Assembly (NCBI GenBank): GCA_035906295.1 | Contig: JAMIFL010000159.1 | Coordinates: 1 to 53,791 of the forward strand | Length of the DNA: 53,791 bases | Direction: 5' to 3' | From: Alphaproteobacteria bacterium | GTDB lineage: Bacteria > Pseudomonadota > Alphaproteobacteria > Micavibrionales > UBA1664 | In this document: piece by piece, positions 51,361 through 53,791 of the stretch | Numbering within the stretch: the first letter of the stretch is position 1 | Layout: each line of letters starts with the position of its first letter | Program-made: the position numbers and the translations under genes | The notes under the pieces: generated by a model | Told to the model about the DNA's origin: nothing | Seen by the model: the letters and a program-made list of their open reading frames with translations, nothing else | The model's database searches: none

Positions 51361-53496
51361 TCACAATTCCTCTTCGTCGCTAACGTCAGAAAACGGGAGG
51401 CTCGGCGTGCAAATCACGGGCAGGATTTCGCCGGATTGTGGATCCTTGAAATGCGTCGGCACGACTAAGCGGCCTGTGTTCAGCACCATGCCATCGACGC
51501 AGAGATAGCCTTGGCGGCTGCGAGCCAAGAGCGGCAAGCCATAGACATCAGCATTTTTGAAAAACTTTACATGGCCTTTGGTGGCTAGAACGCTTAAGCG
51601 TTCGCGGATGGTGCGACTACTACCCAAGCCTTCTTTATTCTCGAAAGTTTCCGCGAACTGATTGGCGGTATAGATTCTGCCCGTCTGCGTCTGTTCATAA
51701 ATCAGGCGGATGATGGTTTCGGTTTTTCGCAGGCGCTCTGCATCTTGGCGTTCGCCTTGATCTTTGAAGTCCAACCGTGCGGTGTAGTTTTCGACTTCTT
51801 CCCAGCCCCGCGAAGCGCGTGCTACCATTTTGGGAGGAAGTTCTGGCCCATTACGCAATTCAAAGAGTACTAGCCGCTCTGGCCGCTTTTCATTAGGTCT
51901 GTGAAGCATGATGCCGGAAGTGTAATAGGAACGTAGCGCTCCAGCGCCGCTTAAAGCCTGAAACGGGTCTTCCTCTGCGGCTTTCTTGAATAATTTACGC
52001 GTGTGGTGCGCGAGGATGATTCCGGCATTAGGATTGACGCGGCGGCGCAGTTCTTCAAGTCGCTGTGCCAGAAAAAACATCATCGCGTCATTGTCGTTTT
52101 CGCCGCCAAGCCCACCGCCGTCAAACACATTACGAAGTGGATCGATAGCGATGATATCAGGCGGCGCATCGGAGAACCGCTGGTGGATAGATTCCACAAC
52201 CGTTTCAATGCCAATTTCATTCAGGCAAATTGAAATCTGCGGCGTGACAATGAAATTGGAGTTGAGAAATAGTGTTGAAGCTTTGGTAAGCGCCAGCCGT
52301 TGCACACGCTCACGAAGATAATGGTATTGAACCTCGGCTTGCAGATAAAACACGCGCAAAGGGCGCTTGCAGTTCATGCCCAAGAATGGAACGCCTCCAG
52401 CCAAGTGCGCCAAAAGTGCAATCAGAAAATCGCTTTTGCCGACCTTGGGAGCGCCGCCCAATACCAGCAGTCCGCCCGGCGTCAGAATGCGCGGGGAAAT
52501 CAGGTCGTCAGGGATGGGGCTGCTGTCTTGTTGCAACTCGGTAATGCTATAAAGCGGAAGTGTTTTTCGCGGCGGCGGTGTGTCTTTGGCTACCAGCCGT
52601 TCCCAATTCTTGAGGATAGCGTGAATATCTAATCCCTCGGCCACCGCATCAGCAGCATCCCAGGCCTGCGGCTTTTCGGGCGGTATCTTCAGGATATGTA
52701 CATGGACGGCACCAGCGCGGGCGGCCGCACTGGCTGCATTGCGTGCGTAATCCAATCCTGGCTCATCGTGATCTGGCCAGATGATTACTCTTTTTCCCTG
52801 CAGAGGTGACCAGTCAGTTTTACTAACCGGCGCTTTTGCCCCGTTCATGGCGGTGGTCGCGCACACCTTCACCGATAAAAGCGCCTCGGCGCACTTCTCG
52901 CCCTCGACTAGGACAACCAGTTCGGCGTTTTTCAGACCGGGCTGGTTATAGAGCGGGCGAACCTCCGGCGCTTTCATCACCCCACGCACGGCATCCCACG
53001 GCCTGAATTCTTTGGAGCCGTCCGGCAGATCATAGCGATAAACGGACCCGATGATCTGGCCGGCACCATCGGTGTAATCCCACTTGGCGGTAGGGTTGCC
53101 GAGTTTTCGACTGATTGGAGCGGATCGGAGAGAGGCGCGTGGCGCGGGCGGCAGACCAGCGCTAAGATGACTTTGAATATCCTGCAGCAGCGCTGGGAAC
53201 TGTGCTTGCCGATCGAGGCTTTTGACCATGCCCCAAAGATCAAAAATATCACCGCCAGCGCCGGTAGCGAAATCGTGCCAGAGTCCAGCTTTTTCGCCGT
53301 GCAGCTCGACGACAAGACTATCGCCCTTATTGCCGCCGATATCGCCTACCATAAATTTCCGGCCACGAACAACACCAGCGGGAAGAAGATGCCGGAGAAT
53401 ATCAGGCAGCGCGTTCAAAACGCGTGGGCGCAATTCTGATGCCGACAGCGGCTTCAGGGGAATGATCTTTGGCGGTGTCCCTTTATCCGGCGTCAC
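51361..53496 (-). CDS. bifunctional primase-helicase type replication protein (N-terminal primase-like region + Toprim + AAA_25/RepA-like ATPase)
   Basis: 711-aa ORF. Toprim motifs: LVVLVEGEKCAEAL and IIWPDHDEPG. Walker A: LVLGGAPKVGKSDFL. Walker B-like: DIIAIDPL. The N-terminal GDSLVVELHGEKAGLWHDFATGAGGDIFDLW is typical of plasmid and phage primases. Confidence 0.85.
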   Translation of the reverse strand: MTPDKGTPPKIIPLKPLSASELRPRVLNALPDILRHLLPAGVVRGRKFMVGDIGGNKGDSLVVELHGEKAGLWHDFATGAGGDIFDLWGMVKSLDRQAQFPALLQDIQSHLSAGLPPAPRASLRSAPISRKLGNPTAKWDYTDGAGQIIGSVYRYDLPDGSKEFRPWDAVRGVMKAPEVRPLYNQPGLKNAELVVLVEGEKCAEALLSVKVCATTAMNGAKAPVSKTDWSPLQGKRVIIWPDHDEPGLDYARNAASAAARAGAVHVHILKIPPEKPQAWDAADAVAEGLDIHAILKNWERLVAKDTPPPRKTLPLYSITELQQDSSPIPDDLISPRILTPGGLLVLGGAPKVGKSDFLIALLAHLAGGVPFLGMNCKRPLRVFYLQAEVQYHYLRERVQRLALTKASTLFLNSNFIVTPQISICLNEIGIETVVESIHQRFSDAPPDIIAIDPLRNVFDGGGLGGENDNDAMMFFLAQRLEELRRRVNPNAGIILAHHTRKLFKKAAEEDPFQALSGAGALRSYYTSGIMLHRPNEKRPERLVLFELRNGPELPPKMVARASRGWEEVENYTARLDFKDQGERQDAERLRKTETIIRLIYEQTQTGRIYTANQFAETFENKEGLGSSRTIRERLSVLATKGHVKFFKNADVYGLPLLARSRQGYLCVDGMVLNTGRLVVPTHFKDPQSGEILPVICTPSLPFSDVSDEEEL

Positions 53497-53500
53497 CGCG

Positions 53501-53716
53501 TTATTCTTTCTCTGGGGCAGCCTTGTCGCGCTCGATGGCTTTCAGCTTGATAATGCCGTCCACCCATTGCAGGGCGCGGCCAACTTCGCGGACTTCCTTG
53601 ACCAGCGCTTCCCGAATTTCCTGCAGACGCTCATCTGTAAGAGATTTAAGCTGGCCAACAGGCGCTCGTTGCACCCATTTGAACATGGCCATATCGCCGT
53701 TTTGTGACTGATCCAT
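53501..53716 (-). CDS. small hypothetical protein (mobile-element gene)
   Basis: 71-aa ORF ending 4 nt before the primase-helicase start. It is predicted helical and charged. I recognise no family. Confidence 0.5.
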   Translation of the reverse strand: MDQSQNGDMAMFKWVQRAPVGQLKSLTDERLQEIREALVKEVREVGRALQWVDGIIKLKAIERDKAAPEKE

Positions 53717-53729
53717 ACCTTTTCCTTTC

Positions 53730-53746
53730 GTGTGATGTGGTCACAC
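53730..53746. promoter_or_regulatory. inverted repeat upstream of the small ORF (candidate operator)
   Basis: GTGTGA (53730-53735), a 5-nt spacer, TCACAC (53741-53746). It lies 14 nt upstream of the ATG at 53716. Confidence 0.3.
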
Positions 53747-53791
53747 AGGGCTGGTATGCCGTTCTGTTCAAAACCGACGATGCGGCGACGA

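Larger units (their letters stand above)
48980..53791. mobile_element. integrated mobile element (phage/plasmid-like, primase-helicase type), one end in the window and continuing past the right edge
   Basis: There is a compositional drop relative to the flanking chromosome. All genes lie on the minus strand. Content: a Toprim+AAA primase-helicase, an iteron-like cluster, a DUF3085-like gene and small plasmid/ICE-type ORFs. The left end truncates hxlR. Confidence 0.7.

Noticed and set aside
51077-51508. ORFs 51077..51364 (minus) and 51233..51508 (plus) in the iteron region
   Set aside because: They have no RBS and low-complexity or repeat-driven translations. They overlap the repeat cluster and the 3' end of the primase-helicase gene.

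Overview
GC-rich bacterial chromosomal segment with strong GC3 bias. Gene content and synteny look alphaproteobacterial, but that is inference only. About 80% is ordinary housekeeping sequence: guaB, acetoacetyl-CoA synthetase, cysQ, queA, dnaX, xthA, htpX, rsmB, rpe, rpmI-rplT-pheS-pheT, gpt, polA, corA and rlmB. It also carries tRNA-Arg(CCG), tRNA-Thr(CGU) and the SRP RNA (ffs). I saw no rRNA and no CRISPR array.

Accessory or unusual content, in order of interest:
1. A 1034-aa ORF (23958-27062) lies between ffs and dnaX. It carries five tandem OmpR/PhoB-type winged-helix DNA-binding modules, no receiver domain, and an unassignable roughly 400-aa N-terminal region. I consider this the most novel object in the window.
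2. A 236-aa ORF (14589-15299) shows the catalytic-residue pattern and spacing of tRNA-dependent cyclodipeptide synthases. It overlaps an upstream XRE-family regulator gene. It sits divergent to two unassignable genes across an AT-rich region that holds a perfect palindrome.
3. A visibly AT-rich 2.1-kb element bounded by about 25-bp inverted repeats (5632-7706) carries an IS1595-family transposase plus passenger sequence.
4. tRNA-Thr 3'-end fragments are duplicated next to the intact tRNA. This looks like an att-type scar.
5. From about 48980 to the right edge there is a lower-GC mobile element. It has a Toprim/AAA primase-helicase, an iteron-like repeat cluster and small plasmid/phage-type genes. 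Its end truncates an HxlR-family regulator gene.

Several orphan genes and two short tandem hairpin-repeat arrays are also recorded. All functional calls come from reading the translated ORFs and sequence motifs by eye. No database search was run.
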